Assembly: GCA_964567295.1 (NCBI GenBank)
Contig: CAZMLU010000003.1
Location: 894 to 64,893, forward strand
From: an uncultured Desulfovibrionaceae bacterium
GTDB taxonomy: Bacteria; Bacillota; Dethiobacteria; DTU022; UBA8154
Direction of reading: 5' to 3'
Length of the DNA: 64,000 bases
Position 1 is the first letter of the stretch; every line of letters starts with the position of its first letter. A program made the position numbers and the translations under genes. The notes under the pieces were generated by a model that did no database searches, was not told where the DNA came from, and worked only from the letters and a program-made list of their open reading frames with translations. Shown here in pieces: positions 38,543 to 48,368 of the stretch.

Positions 38543-39934
38543 TTAGTTATCCTCACCTTTAGCATCCTTATCTTCCTTATCTTCCTTATCTTCCTTATCT
38601 TCCTTATCTTCCTCGGCAGCCTCACTCACCTTCAGGGTGAGCCCTTCCTGGCCGATGACCTCCACCGTTTTCCCCTTGGGTATGGTATTGCCATCAGCAC
38701 TGTAAGCCTTCCAAATCTCTCCGCGCATCTTTACCGTTCCATAAGGAGCAATATTATCCACGACTTCCACAGTAGGTGCAGCCCTGAAAAACTCCCCTTT
38801 TTCTTTCCAGTTACGCCGGGAACGGATCAGGACGGTGACAATGAGAAAGCTGATAACGCTTACCGCCAGAGCAATACCTATGGCAGTGGCCATAAAGGAG
38901 CCGTACCAATCCATCTCCATGAGTGGTTCCTGGGGCAGTAATATAGATCCAATCAAGAGGCTCACTGCACCTCCTACCCCCAGGATCCCAAAGCCCCCGG
39001 TGAATATTTCGGTGGCTAAAAGGGCAAATCCCAAAACGATAAAGATAATGCCGGCCAAGTTTGTGTCAAACATTCCCAAGCCATAAATTCCCAAAAGCAG
39101 GGCTATGGCTCCCAGAGTCTCGGCTACAAAGGTACCAGGCATGCCCAGGCCCAGGTATATACCCATACCTCCCACCATTAACAGGAGAAAAGCGATTTCA
39201 GGGTTACTAATATGATCCTGAAAACTTTCCTGCAGTGTCATTTCACTTTCCACCAGTGTAGCATCAGCTGTAGAAAGCTGGTAGGGTTCACCGTGCTTCT
39301 CCCCTTCCCATCCGTCCAATTCTTCCAGCAAGGCTGACATGTTCGGAGCCAGGACCTCGATCACATCTTTTTCCCCGGCCTCCCTGGCATCAAGGGTAAG
39401 ATTCTCTGTCACAAAACGTTCCGCTATTTCAGGTGGGCGGCCTTGTTCACCGGCGATACTCCTCATATGGCCGGCAAAGAAATTAACGATTTTCTCATCG
39501 GCCTCGGCAGCGCCACCCGGAGACATGGCCGCGGGCATAGCCGCTCCAACAGTAGTTCCGGGCGCCATGGCCGCAATATCGGAACTGACCAAAATAAACG
39601 CGCCTGCAGAAGCCGCTATGGCACCCGAGGGAGCAACATGGACAATGATCGGGACAGGCGCCGTGCCAAAGGCACGGGCTAAATCCAGGGTAGCATCCAA
39701 CAGTCCACCGGGAGTATCCATAACTATCACTACCGCCTGTACATTGTCAGGGTCAATAGCCTGGAGTTCTCTCTGTATATATGCAGACTGCCCCGCTGTA
39801 ACCACTCCCTCTAACTTTATTACATGTATGTCGCGGGGGTTTTCGGGATTGTCTCCCTGGAGCGCATCTCCGCTTCCCGGGATGGAAAAAAATATAAAAG
39901 CACCTAAGAAAAAGAACACCAGTATACGCCGCAT
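38543..39934 (-). CDS. NfeD-family membrane-bound ClpP-class serine protease (stomatin operon partner)
   Basis: signal/TM, ClpP-like domain (IVMDTPGG), multiple TM helices, C-terminal OB domain and (EDK)n tail; alternative start 40018. Confidence 0.75.
   Translation of the reverse strand: MRRILVFFFLGAFIFFSIPGSGDALQGDNPENPRDIHVIKLEGVVTAGQSAYIQRELQAIDPDNVQAVVIVMDTPGGLLDATLDLARAFGTAPVPIIVHVAPSGAIAASAGAFILVSSDIAAMAPGTTVGAAMPAAMSPGGAAEADEKIVNFFAGHMRSIAGEQGRPPEIAERFVTENLTLDAREAGEKDVIEVLAPNMSALLEELDGWEGEKHGEPYQLSTADATLVESEMTLQESFQDHISNPEIAFLLLMVGGMGIYLGLGMPGTFVAETLGAIALLLGIYGLGMFDTNLAGIIFIVLGFALLATEIFTGGFGILGVGGAVSLLIGSILLPQEPLMEMDWYGSFMATAIGIALAVSVISFLIVTVLIRSRRNWKEKGEFFRAAPTVEVVDNIAPYGTVKMRGEIWKAYSADGNTIPKGKTVEVIGQEGLTLKVSEAAEEDKEDKEDKEDKEDKDAKGEDN
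38565..38609. repeat. 5 tandem copies of 9-bp unit TCCTTATCT (encodes (EDK)5 on minus strand)
   Basis: direct inspection at 3' end of nfeD-like gene. Confidence 0.8.
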
Positions 39935-40165
39935 TTTTTCCTGCAAAGTTAATCCTAAAGTCTCAGGCCTCGAGAGCGCGTTCGCAGAAAATTCTGCGAA
40001 AATGCACTTCATCAACATCTCTACGGGCCGAGGCCGGGCTATTTTAAACGGGTATATAATTCAGGGATAGACCCGGCTCCCGCAATTTCCCTGCTTAATA
40101 TTACCACAATCTTTCATAATCTTTATACATTTTATCATACTCTTGATTTTTTTTAAACCGTCGGG

Positions 40166-41077
40166 CTATTCTACCTGTAAATATTCTGCGGCGACCCACC
40201 CCGTAACTCCGCTTTCGGGGTTCCTTACTTCCCACCAGGTGTGGCCATCCTTTTGCCTTTCATCATTATGGGTGTCGAGCACAATTAAAACCTCGCCCCT
40301 CCGAACACTTTCCACCACATCACCATCAGGCTTATCACTGGAACCCGGGCTTCTCCGTATAGAAAGAGTGCTTCCTTCGCTTGTCGAAACCCTGGCTTCC
40401 TTTTCGTCCGCTACTTCAGGCATATCCCTGGCCTCTTCATCAGGCTCTTCTTCGGGTCTTTCCCTGGGCGTTTCCCTAGATGGCGTTGTTGTGATATTAC
40501 TACCCTTATTGAAATCTCCCCGGACCATAAAAATGGATTCAGACGAACAATAAATACCCCGCCCATCACCCAGTGGGGCAGCAATGAGATGGTCTCTTTG
40601 CACCGCTTTATCTTGGGACAGGTTTATACCTGCCGTAAGGTCTGCAAGACCGTTACCCTTAGGGCATTCTTCCGCCCTTGCTTTTCCCGCCCTTAAGATG
40701 AATTCGGTGCTTGCTTGTGGATCTGTGGGGAAAATATAGTGACCTTCAGGCACCGTTACCACTTCAAAAGAAGAAGAAGGCAAATCCGCATCTTCCTCAG
40801 GTGGCCTTGGGCCCTCATCTCCGTTGCCTTCCGCCGGAAACTGTCTTTTTAGATCACTGGCCAGTGAATCCAGTTTCTCCTCCACCCAGCTGGCAGTTAC
40901 CAGCGGATCGCCCTCTGAACCTGGAGCACTGGAAGGACTTGCCCCGGCAACCTGCCCCAGTAAAAAACCTGTCAACAAAAGTCCCGAGGCCAGAAGAGCG
41001 AAAAAACCCTTTCTTTTTCCCCAAAACCCACCTTTCCCTGCCGGCTCTTCCTTTTCTTTTTGTGCCTTAAGTCTCAT
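40166..41077 (-). CDS. membrane-anchored protein with C-terminal SH3b domain
   Basis: N-terminal TM, Pro/Glu-rich linker, C-terminal GEVLIVLD...WWEV...GWVAAEYL SH3-like motif. Confidence 0.5.
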   Translation of the reverse strand: MRLKAQKEKEEPAGKGGFWGKRKGFFALLASGLLLTGFLLGQVAGASPSSAPGSEGDPLVTASWVEEKLDSLASDLKRQFPAEGNGDEGPRPPEEDADLPSSSFEVVTVPEGHYIFPTDPQASTEFILRAGKARAEECPKGNGLADLTAGINLSQDKAVQRDHLIAAPLGDGRGIYCSSESIFMVRGDFNKGSNITTTPSRETPRERPEEEPDEEARDMPEVADEKEARVSTSEGSTLSIRRSPGSSDKPDGDVVESVRRGEVLIVLDTHNDERQKDGHTWWEVRNPESGVTGWVAAEYLQVE

Positions 41078-41134
41078 TTTTTCACCCCTTTTTCATGTTG
41101 TGGAAGTTTATCCTTTGGGCTTGCGCTGTATTAA

Positions 41135-42256
41135 TTACACATACTGTTTGATATACTCCCGCAGAAAATCAGCCTGATTTTGGCCTTTGTCCAGAAGTTG
41201 TTTGCGCAGCTCCTCCATCTGCTGAAAACGCCCTGAGTCCTCCATATCACCCATATAGCGATAATGACCCAACCTTCTGCCCAGCTGGAAATTGGCTCTT
41301 TTTCCATCCGGCATGCTCAAGTAACGGTCCACGACCCCCAGCAGATAAGGTTTGTCATCGGGAAGCTGCCCCTCTACCTCTTCCAGGAGGTTCAGTATAT
41401 GGTCACTGATCATGTAGCTGTTGCATTCCAGGTTCTCCAGGAAGAGTTTCTGTTCACGGGCCAGGCCGTCATCGTCCTGCATCTGGAACTCACCTTCATC
41501 GATTTTTTCCTGCAGTGGAATGCCCTTTCTCACGGCAAGGGTGCGTATTCGAATAAAATGGGGATCTATTTTGCTTAGAACGTTGGCAGTATCGCGAGCA
41601 TGTTCTTGCCACAGCTTCTGCCCACCCAGACCCATGAGAATATACTCACTGAGACTGAGACCGGCTTCCTTCACCAACAAGCCCGCATGCACCTGCTCCT
41701 CGCTGGTAATACCTTTCTTCATATACTCCAGCAGGGGGTCGTGCCCGGTCTCCATCCCGATATGAACCCTGGTAAGTCCAGCTTCTTTCAGCATCTCCAG
41801 CTGGGAAACGCTGCGCTTACTGATAGTTTTTGAGCGAGCATAAGTAGTTATACGCTCCACCTGGGGGAACTGTTCTTTCAAAAAAGATATGGACTCGGCC
41901 AACTGTTCAGGGTCCATAATCATACTGTCGGCATCCTGCAGGAATACATTTCTGCCGCCTCTATGCAACCAAAAGGCAATTTGCAGCAGATCAGGCTCAT
42001 TACGGTATACGTTTTCCAAAACCATGCGGTTAACCTCATTGTAACCCATCTTGCCTGCATAAGAGTACACTTTTTCTGCTGCTTCTTTCATGGAAAGAAT
42101 ATCTTTTTTTATCTCTTCCACTGTCCTCCTGGAAAACTTTCTCTTTTTATAGACCGGGCAAAAAAGACATTTATTCCAGGGGCAATTGCGGTTAACTCTT
42201 ATGAACAGGCTCTCCGCCTCGCTGGGAGGCCGTATAGGTCCCGTTTCAAAATTCAT
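41135..42256 (-). CDS. radical SAM domain protein
   Basis: Cys cluster CPWNKCLFC (Cx4Cx2C) near N-terminus, TIM-barrel-like region; RBS GGAGGTG. Confidence 0.65.
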   Translation of the reverse strand: MNFETGPIRPPSEAESLFIRVNRNCPWNKCLFCPVYKKRKFSRRTVEEIKKDILSMKEAAEKVYSYAGKMGYNEVNRMVLENVYRNEPDLLQIAFWLHRGGRNVFLQDADSMIMDPEQLAESISFLKEQFPQVERITTYARSKTISKRSVSQLEMLKEAGLTRVHIGMETGHDPLLEYMKKGITSEEQVHAGLLVKEAGLSLSEYILMGLGGQKLWQEHARDTANVLSKIDPHFIRIRTLAVRKGIPLQEKIDEGEFQMQDDDGLAREQKLFLENLECNSYMISDHILNLLEEVEGQLPDDKPYLLGVVDRYLSMPDGKRANFQLGRRLGHYRYMGDMEDSGRFQQMEELRKQLLDKGQNQADFLREYIKQYV

Positions 42257-42366
42257 ACAGTAACACCTCCGTATTAACTTATTCTGCGTTTTTCTCTCCT
42301 CGCATTTGCGGAAAGAATTCTATCCGTGCTATAATTACTTCAAAGCTGAAAGGAGCCAAACGCTGG

Positions 42367-43011
42367 ATGAAAGAACAAGAACCCCGTTTCGATCTGTTGC
42401 GGCAGCGCATGGTCGATGAACAACTGATCCCGCGTGGTATTAAAAACCAACGCGTGTTGGAAGCTTTTCGTAAGGTGCCCCGTCATATGTTACTGGACTC
42501 CACCCATCAACACCAGGCTTATCGTGATCATCCCATTCCTATCGGCTTGGACCAGACCATTTCCCAACCCTACATCGTAGCCCTAATGACTGAAGCATTG
42601 GGCCTCGAGGGAGAGGAAAGAGTGCTGGAGATAGGAACAGGATCAGGTTACCAGGCCGCTATCCTGGCCGAGCTTGCTGCCCAAGTATTCACCGTCGAAC
42701 GCCACGAGCAACTTTTAAAACATGCTTCGGAAATTCTAAAAGAAATGGGCTATAATAATATTTACTTCAAAGTAAGCGACGGCACCAAAGGTTGGCCCGA
42801 AAAAAGCCCTTTCCAAGGTATTCTGGTTACCGCTGCCTCTCCTGAAATTCCCCCATCACTGTTAGAGCAGCTTTCCCCCGAAGGGAAATTGGTCATTCCC
42901 ATGGGGAACTCCTGGATGCAGGAACTGCTCCTGATCACCAGGGACGAAGAGGGTTACCGTAAAGAGAATCTGGGCGGCTGCCGTTTCGTCCCTCTGGTTG
43001 GGGATGAGTAA
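42367..43011 (+). CDS. pcm: protein-L-isoaspartate O-methyltransferase
   Basis: SQPYIVALM, VLEIGTGSGYQAA SAM-binding motif. Confidence 0.85.
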   Translation: MKEQEPRFDLLRQRMVDEQLIPRGIKNQRVLEAFRKVPRHMLLDSTHQHQAYRDHPIPIGLDQTISQPYIVALMTEALGLEGEERVLEIGTGSGYQAAILAELAAQVFTVERHEQLLKHASEILKEMGYNNIYFKVSDGTKGWPEKSPFQGILVTAASPEIPPSLLEQLSPEGKLVIPMGNSWMQELLLITRDEEGYRKENLGGCRFVPLVGDE

Positions 43012-43115
43012 CAATCCCGGAAGTCGTGAAACAACCCTAGGCAAGGGACACCTTCAGCAAACTCAAGGTAAGCCCCACTAACCGTTCTTTCTGTTGTACG
43101 CCAACCAAGGGCTTT

Positions 43116-43892
43116 TTAAGCCTGCTCCAACTGAATATCCCCCCAGGCAGCCATTTTATCACCCAATATGGCCAAAGCACCACTTACCTCCGGCATGATC
43201 TTAGCCATTTCCAAAGATTTTTCAAGGTCGCCTTCCCGTTGTATAATATTGGCTGTAGCGGTAGCTACAGCATCGGCCAGCAGAGCATCGGAGGCCACGA
43301 TAATAGCTGCATCTGCGCGCCCCTGGCTGTAGGAAGGGCCCACTGACCCGGAGGAGGTACAGATTCCCCGCGGTTCAGATCGAGGCTCCAGGATAAGGGA
43401 TAACCGCCCGCTAAAAAGCGATTTCCCTGCAAAAACACCTACTTTCAGGGAGTGATAGGAATAGTAAAATATATCGCCCCCGTTTTCCACAATTACCTGC
43501 CTTGACCTTTGCAACAACCATTTCCCTGTCCACTGGGCAAATGCCCCGGCCACAGAAGCCATAGGCCCTACACCTGCCCTGTTCCCCGCCCGGGCCATCT
43601 CCCGGGCCAGCGGAGGAGCATTCTGGTCTGCCAGGAAAGGGGACATGCTCTCTGCAAAGTGAGGGGTATGCCCGATATATTTCTCCAAGCAACGCCTCTG
43701 TTCCCAAACAAACTGTTCAATTTCTTGAAGCAGTTCTTCCCGAAAAAACTCCTCTTCTAAGGCGATCCAAAGATCCGTTTCTTTTACGCTGACCTGAAAA
43801 GAAGTCATACCTGCAGGGCAAAGACCGTCGCGGTAGAATCGTTTAGAGTAGACCATGTTCAGAAACGGACCTCCATGGCCCTGGAAGGGCAA
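43116..43892 (-). CDS. UPF0280/COG2122 (ApbE-superfamily) protein, copy 2
   Basis: 258 aa; same motifs as 509-1357 (GPMASVAGAF, ENGGDI, GICTSSGSVGPS); start overlaps NIL-ferredoxin gene end. Confidence 0.5.
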   Translation of the reverse strand: MPFQGHGGPFLNMVYSKRFYRDGLCPAGMTSFQVSVKETDLWIALEEEFFREELLQEIEQFVWEQRRCLEKYIGHTPHFAESMSPFLADQNAPPLAREMARAGNRAGVGPMASVAGAFAQWTGKWLLQRSRQVIVENGGDIFYYSYHSLKVGVFAGKSLFSGRLSLILEPRSEPRGICTSSGSVGPSYSQGRADAAIIVASDALLADAVATATANIIQREGDLEKSLEMAKIMPEVSGALAILGDKMAAWGDIQLEQA

Positions 43893-44266
43893 GCCTTGAT
43901 ACAGTATTCACAGGCAACACATCTATCATTTAAAAATTTTACCTTCATTTCCGGGCGTTCCATAACCAGGGCACCAGAGGGGCAGATAACGGTACAGGCA
44001 CCGCATTGGGTACAGCGTTCTTCCACCCAGACAATCTCCTGCTCCAGGGGAAACACCTTAACTCCGCGGGACTGTAAAAATTCTAAACCCTCCTGGAAAT
44101 CTTCTTTTTCACCGCTCAGCTCTATCACTGCACGGCCTTCCTTACGGGGATTGATATCAGCCCGTATTATATTGACCATAAGATTGTAATCTTTAATCAG
44201 GTAATAAGTAAAAGGGTCTTCAGTTACTGCGGCCGGGAAATAAAGCACGAATTTTTGCCTCAACAT
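43859..44266 (-). CDS. NIL-domain / 2x[4Fe-4S] ferredoxin protein (MA1822-like)
   Basis: 135 aa; C-terminal CTQCGACTVICP and CVACEYCIKACP motifs. Confidence 0.6.
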   Translation of the reverse strand: MLRQKFVLYFPAAVTEDPFTYYLIKDYNLMVNIIRADINPRKEGRAVIELSGEKEDFQEGLEFLQSRGVKVFPLEQEIVWVEERCTQCGACTVICPSGALVMERPEMKVKFLNDRCVACEYCIKACPSRAMEVRF

Positions 44267-44344
44267 CTACACCCCCAACGCTATTAAAATATATTCCCCT
44301 CAGAGCATTTCTTACTCAGCTCGGCTTCATTTCTTCGTTCTATT

Positions 44345-45514
44345 TCAAATATCGTTCATAGGACCCGGAAGCGAAAAGACCGGTTCTGTAAGCAGAAAGG
44401 CCCCTTTTTGAATCTTCTCCTTCAATATCTCAGCAATTTGCTTGGCTCTGGAGTAGCTGGAAAGGGGGGCAGTAGGTACAAATTTGCCATTTACACTAAT
44501 CTCTCCGCTTTTCAGCTGAGCATAACTGACCTGCCCTAACACTTCCCCCAGGCCCTGAGGATAAGATTCGCTGTAATCCATGACAGGTGCAAACAATTCT
44601 TCATCGCTCACAGAAGTATATTTTAACATATCTTCATCCAGGATAGGAATAGGTATACCAATCCCTACCATTAGGGAAACACCGTAACCCAGAAAACTCA
44701 CCCCCCTGAGCCATTTGGAGGACATCCCCTTCAAATCACCGATAACGGCCATAGTGCCGGCAGGGGTTACCGGAGCACCGTTTCCAGCTCGAGGGGCTCC
44801 GGGAACATGTTGGGTGCCATGCCAACTCACGTAACCTTCACCCCCGCCAAGGAATATGCGGGTACCCATTCCGATAGTTCGGTAATAAGGGTCATTAAAA
44901 AGAGGGGAAAGCTGCCCGGAGGTGCTGTAGTTAGCATTCCCCAGACCTGGCTTGAGAATACCCATATAAGTATAGAGGGTGCGGTCGGAAAGATTTACAC
45001 CCACATTGTAGTTTTGGTAGGCATTGCGGGGATTAAAAAGAAAAGCCTGGGGAAAATCTTCTAACCGCACTACTTTGTCCAGTTTTCGGCGCGGATAACA
45101 GTCGGTCCCGTGGGCTGTTGCCTCCAGAACAACCTCTTTGCCCGCTACCAATTCCTCGAGAACATGCCCTCCCCCGTAGCTAAATTCCCCGGGGAAAGTT
45201 TTATTAGCAGAATCCGTATCGGGTATTTGCGTGGCTCCAAGGTATGCATCTACCGCTGCTATGCCGGTATAAGCCTCCACATTATTCATATATACGCGGC
45301 TCATTTTCATGCGCGGCTTAGAATGACCCAGATTGAAGAAGGCCCCCGAAGAACACATGGGCCCAAAAGTGCCTGTCGTAACCACATCTACTGTGGCTGC
45401 AGTCTCCTCAAGACCTTGTTCTTTGACCATGGGGATCACTTCTTCGGCCGTCACCACGACCGCCTCGCCAGCTTTTATCCTCTCATTTATCTCAGCATAG
45501 GTTTTTTTTACCAA
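44345..45514 (-). CDS. DUF39 homocysteine-biosynthesis sulfur-incorporation enzyme (MA1821-like)
   Basis: 389 aa DUF39-type sequence; RBS GAGGAGGT; promoter TTGACA-N17-TATGAT at ~45593-45622. Confidence 0.65.
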   Translation of the reverse strand: MVKKTYAEINERIKAGEAVVVTAEEVIPMVKEQGLEETAATVDVVTTGTFGPMCSSGAFFNLGHSKPRMKMSRVYMNNVEAYTGIAAVDAYLGATQIPDTDSANKTFPGEFSYGGGHVLEELVAGKEVVLEATAHGTDCYPRRKLDKVVRLEDFPQAFLFNPRNAYQNYNVGVNLSDRTLYTYMGILKPGLGNANYSTSGQLSPLFNDPYYRTIGMGTRIFLGGGEGYVSWHGTQHVPGAPRAGNGAPVTPAGTMAVIGDLKGMSSKWLRGVSFLGYGVSLMVGIGIPIPILDEDMLKYTSVSDEELFAPVMDYSESYPQGLGEVLGQVSYAQLKSGEISVNGKFVPTAPLSSYSRAKQIAEILKEKIQKGAFLLTEPVFSLPGPMNDI

Positions 45515-45645
45515 AAAAGGGTACCTCCTCTATTGATTATACGTTATAATAGGGAAAACGTTTCCGCACGCGACTTATAGAAATCATACCTTTCCTGGAA
45601 GGTAGTGTCAAGGGAGGCGGGGCAGGATTACCATAATTAGCAAAT

Positions 45646-46179
45646 TTGAATTTTTACCGGAAGCGTAGGTTTACCAGACAAACACCCCAAAAAATACAAC
45701 TGGAGGTTGATAACATCAATATTCGGAGCATTACCTTATCGGGAATCATTGCAGCTTTATACGTATCTATAACCTTTTTGCTTTCCGCCATAAGTTTCGG
45801 CCCTGTACAGGTCCGGGTCGCCGAAGGTCTCACTCTTTTACCGATACTCTTCCCGGAAGCTATTATGGGTCTTTTCCTGGGTTGCCTCCTGGCCAATATC
45901 CTTGGACCCTGGGGAGCTGTGGATATAGTTTTCGGTAGTCTTACCACTCTGCTTGCTGCCTTGGTGACTTACCGCTTCCGGCACAGCTATATAGCCTACC
46001 TCAGTCCTATTATTCTAAATGCCTTTATAGTCAGTCTCTACCTCTACGCCTTTTTCCGCATTCCCTACTGGCCCACCGTGTTGACTATTGGATTGGGACA
46101 GAGCATAGCAGTATTAGGGGTGGGGCTGCCTCTTATACGTCTGTTAAAGGCCAAAGGCAAACCGCGGAATTTTTCCTAA
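45646..46179 (+). CDS. QueT-like (COG4708) queuosine-precursor transporter S component
   Basis: 5-6 TM; conserved VRVAEGLTLLPILFP...DIVFGSLTTLLAALVTY; true start uncertain. Confidence 0.45.
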   Translation: MNFYRKRRFTRQTPQKIQLEVDNINIRSITLSGIIAALYVSITFLLSAISFGPVQVRVAEGLTLLPILFPEAIMGLFLGCLLANILGPWGAVDIVFGSLTTLLAALVTYRFRHSYIAYLSPIILNAFIVSLYLYAFFRIPYWPTVLTIGLGQSIAVLGVGLPLIRLLKAKGKPRNFS

Positions 46180-46202
46180 AGACAGCAAACAAGTCCCTGA
46201 AC

Positions 46203-46236
46203 AAAAAAAATCCCGTTTTTTAAAACGGAATTTTAG
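46203..46236. terminator. bidirectional terminator between queT-like and veg
   Basis: A8-TCCCGTTTT..AAAACGGAA-TTTT hairpin. Confidence 0.6.
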
Positions 46237-46338
46237 AACTTAAACACCTTCTATACCACTACTCCAGCAAGAAATGAAAGATTGTACATTACGGTAAAGT
46301 ATATCTCAATTTGATCTGTGCAACACCTTACTTACCGG

Positions 46339-46611
46339 TTATCTGCCACAAAGAGCAATTTTTTCATGGTCCGTGCCGAAAAGGCTTAGCTCTACGGTTT
46401 CGGTGAGAACATCGGCATAAGTAAACGAAAGTCTCTGGTTGTAGTTTTCTTCATCTACACGTACTACAAAAATTGAAGGGTAAGTCCTCTCCAACACCCC
46501 TACCTTTTCATAGGTCTTGCGCCGTCCCCGGTTTGCCCGCAATTTTATTCTCTCACCCACGTAAGATTCCAATTCTTTACGGATCATTCCCAGGGAATTC
46601 GTTACCGCCAT
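46339..46611 (-). CDS. veg: Veg protein (biofilm/sporulation associated)
   Basis: 90 aa; similarity to B. subtilis Veg (RANRGRRKTYEKVGVLERTYPSIFVV...YADVLTETVEL); RBS GAGGTGATG. Confidence 0.8.
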   Translation of the reverse strand: MAVTNSLGMIRKELESYVGERIKLRANRGRRKTYEKVGVLERTYPSIFVVRVDEENYNQRLSFTYADVLTETVELSLFGTDHEKIALCGR

Positions 46612-46629
46612 TTTTACATCACCTCAACA

Positions 46630-46698
46630 TAAATATAACACATAGAGGGTAATATGTCAACAAAAGAAAGGATTCTATCACTTCCCCTATTCATTGTC
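46630..46698 (-). promoter_or_regulatory. tandem sigma-A promoters of veg (TTGACA-N17-TATATT and TTGACA-N16-TAGAAT)
   Basis: reverse-complement inspection; resembles the B. subtilis veg promoter. Confidence 0.55.
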
Positions 46699-46767
46699 AA
46701 GGTTTTCGCTCAAAATTTTACTGGAAAGCCGGCTATAATTTTTTCTTGGTTGTGAGAACCGTATTTA

Positions 46768-47244
46768 TCATTTAGTGTACTTATCGGCCACCTTGGTAGC
46801 TCCATAGGAGTCAGGTTTTATCCTGGCATCAAATCCGCTCCCGATAACCATTCCCACAACCTCCCTGATTAGTCCCTTGGTATCACCTTTTTCACCCACA
46901 TCCATATGTATTTCTACATTAAGATCGGCATGCCCGTTTTCAGCCAACAGGGCTGCGAATCGGCCGGCTACATCCAGGCTCATGGAAGTTTCGTAAAATA
47001 TACGCTGCCTAAGGCTTTCCAGATGCTTTTGCCTTTCACGGTGGAAAAAATAGCGCCCTCCCTTGCCCACACGGTGAACAATTATGGCAGTAACAAAAAC
47101 CACATCCTCGTCTAATCGGGTTTGCGAATCCGTACCGATGATGAGCTTGTAATTTTCCTTAGGCTTTTCCATAACGTAGGAAATAACTTCAATAAAAGTC
47201 TCTTCTAATGTCATTCTACCTTTAGTAGGGCTGTGGAAAAACAT
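46768..47244 (-). CDS. DUF458/YkuK-like RNase-H-fold protein
   Basis: IIGTDSQ motif; start at ATG with RBS AAGAAGGA (ORF extends to 47292). Confidence 0.45.
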   Translation of the reverse strand: MFFHSPTKGRMTLEETFIEVISYVMEKPKENYKLIIGTDSQTRLDEDVVFVTAIIVHRVGKGGRYFFHRERQKHLESLRQRIFYETSMSLDVAGRFAALLAENGHADLNVEIHMDVGEKGDTKGLIREVVGMVIGSGFDARIKPDSYGATKVADKYTK

Positions 47245-47338
47245 GTTTATGTCCTTCTTTCTAAACTTATCCTCCCCTTTTGCCCTTCTCATAAACGAGA
47301 AATGAACGACAAATGAGCGACAAAAAGGACAAATATCC

Positions 47339-48256
47339 CTAATTATTATAGCTTATCTGCGCTAAATATGCAAACTGCTCCAGGGAAAGAGTTTCTCCGC
47401 GGCAGGAGGAGCTTAGCCCTGCTTTATTAACCAAAACCTTCCATTGCTCTTTGTCCATATTATTCAAACCCTCCAAGGCGTTAGGCAGAGTCTTTCTTCT
47501 CTTCTGGAAAGCTCTTTTGATTATCTCCCAGAATAAAGCTTCGTTTGCTACCTGGTAAGGAGGTTGTGAAAGCACCTCCAAGAGAACCACCGCAGAATTA
47601 ACCTCGGGAGGAGGGTAAAAAACCGCTGGAGGCACCTTAAAGAGTAGGCGTGGATTTGTATAATAACGGCAAAGAAGGGATAAAGCTCCGTAATCCTTGG
47701 TTCCGGGGGAAGCCTTGATTCGATGTGCCACCTCCAGTTGCACCATCAAAACCAACAGCTCCAGCCGCAGATCCCCCTGCAGCAGCTGGAAGAGAAGAGG
47801 CGTGGTAAGGTAATAGGGCAAATTGCCTACCACTTTTACCTTTCCAGCAAGAGGGGTTCCCCAAAGGGAGACACAGGTCTCCAGCAGATCCAGGCGGCGA
47901 ACATCCCCTTCTATTATCTGAAGCTGGTCAAAGCCGCGCTCCTTCGCTTCTTCCCGCAAAAAAGCAGCTAACCCTTTATCCTTTTCCAGGGCAATTACGC
48001 GACAGCCTCTTTCAGCCAATGCCAAAGATAGTGCTCCCGGACCTGCTCCAATGTCCAATACTAAATCGCCAGGGGCAGGTGAAGCAGCACTGATGATTTT
48101 ATACAGAATATTTTCATCCACCAGGAAATTTTGCCCCAGAGAACGGCGCGGAGTAAGTCCTTTTTCTTTTAATTTATGACGCAGAAAAGCAGGCGAAGTG
48201 ACTTTTTTAAAAATAATCTTATCTGCGGCGCTTCGCCTTTTTCTATCTTCTTCCAT
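47339..48256 (-). CDS. rsmA: 16S rRNA (adenine1518/1519-N6)-dimethyltransferase
   Basis: LGQNFL, VLDIGAGPGALS SAM motif, NLPY. Confidence 0.85.
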   Translation of the reverse strand: MEEDRKRRSAADKIIFKKVTSPAFLRHKLKEKGLTPRRSLGQNFLVDENILYKIISAASPAPGDLVLDIGAGPGALSLALAERGCRVIALEKDKGLAAFLREEAKERGFDQLQIIEGDVRRLDLLETCVSLWGTPLAGKVKVVGNLPYYLTTPLLFQLLQGDLRLELLVLMVQLEVAHRIKASPGTKDYGALSLLCRYYTNPRLLFKVPPAVFYPPPEVNSAVVLLEVLSQPPYQVANEALFWEIIKRAFQKRRKTLPNALEGLNNMDKEQWKVLVNKAGLSSSCRGETLSLEQFAYLAQISYNN

Positions 48257-48368
48257 AGTTGTTAGTCTCCCTATTTCGATAATTTAATATATGGAAAAAC
48301 GCAGCTCCGTAAATTATAATATAGTAGAAATACTGGTTAGGTAGAAATACTGGTTAGGAGCATATTTA

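Noticed and set aside
38565-38609. Regular short repeats that might suggest a CRISPR array
   Set aside because: The unit is only 9 bp, perfectly tandem without spacers, and in frame inside the nfeD-like coding region (encodes EDK repeats). It is a coding microsatellite, not CRISPR.
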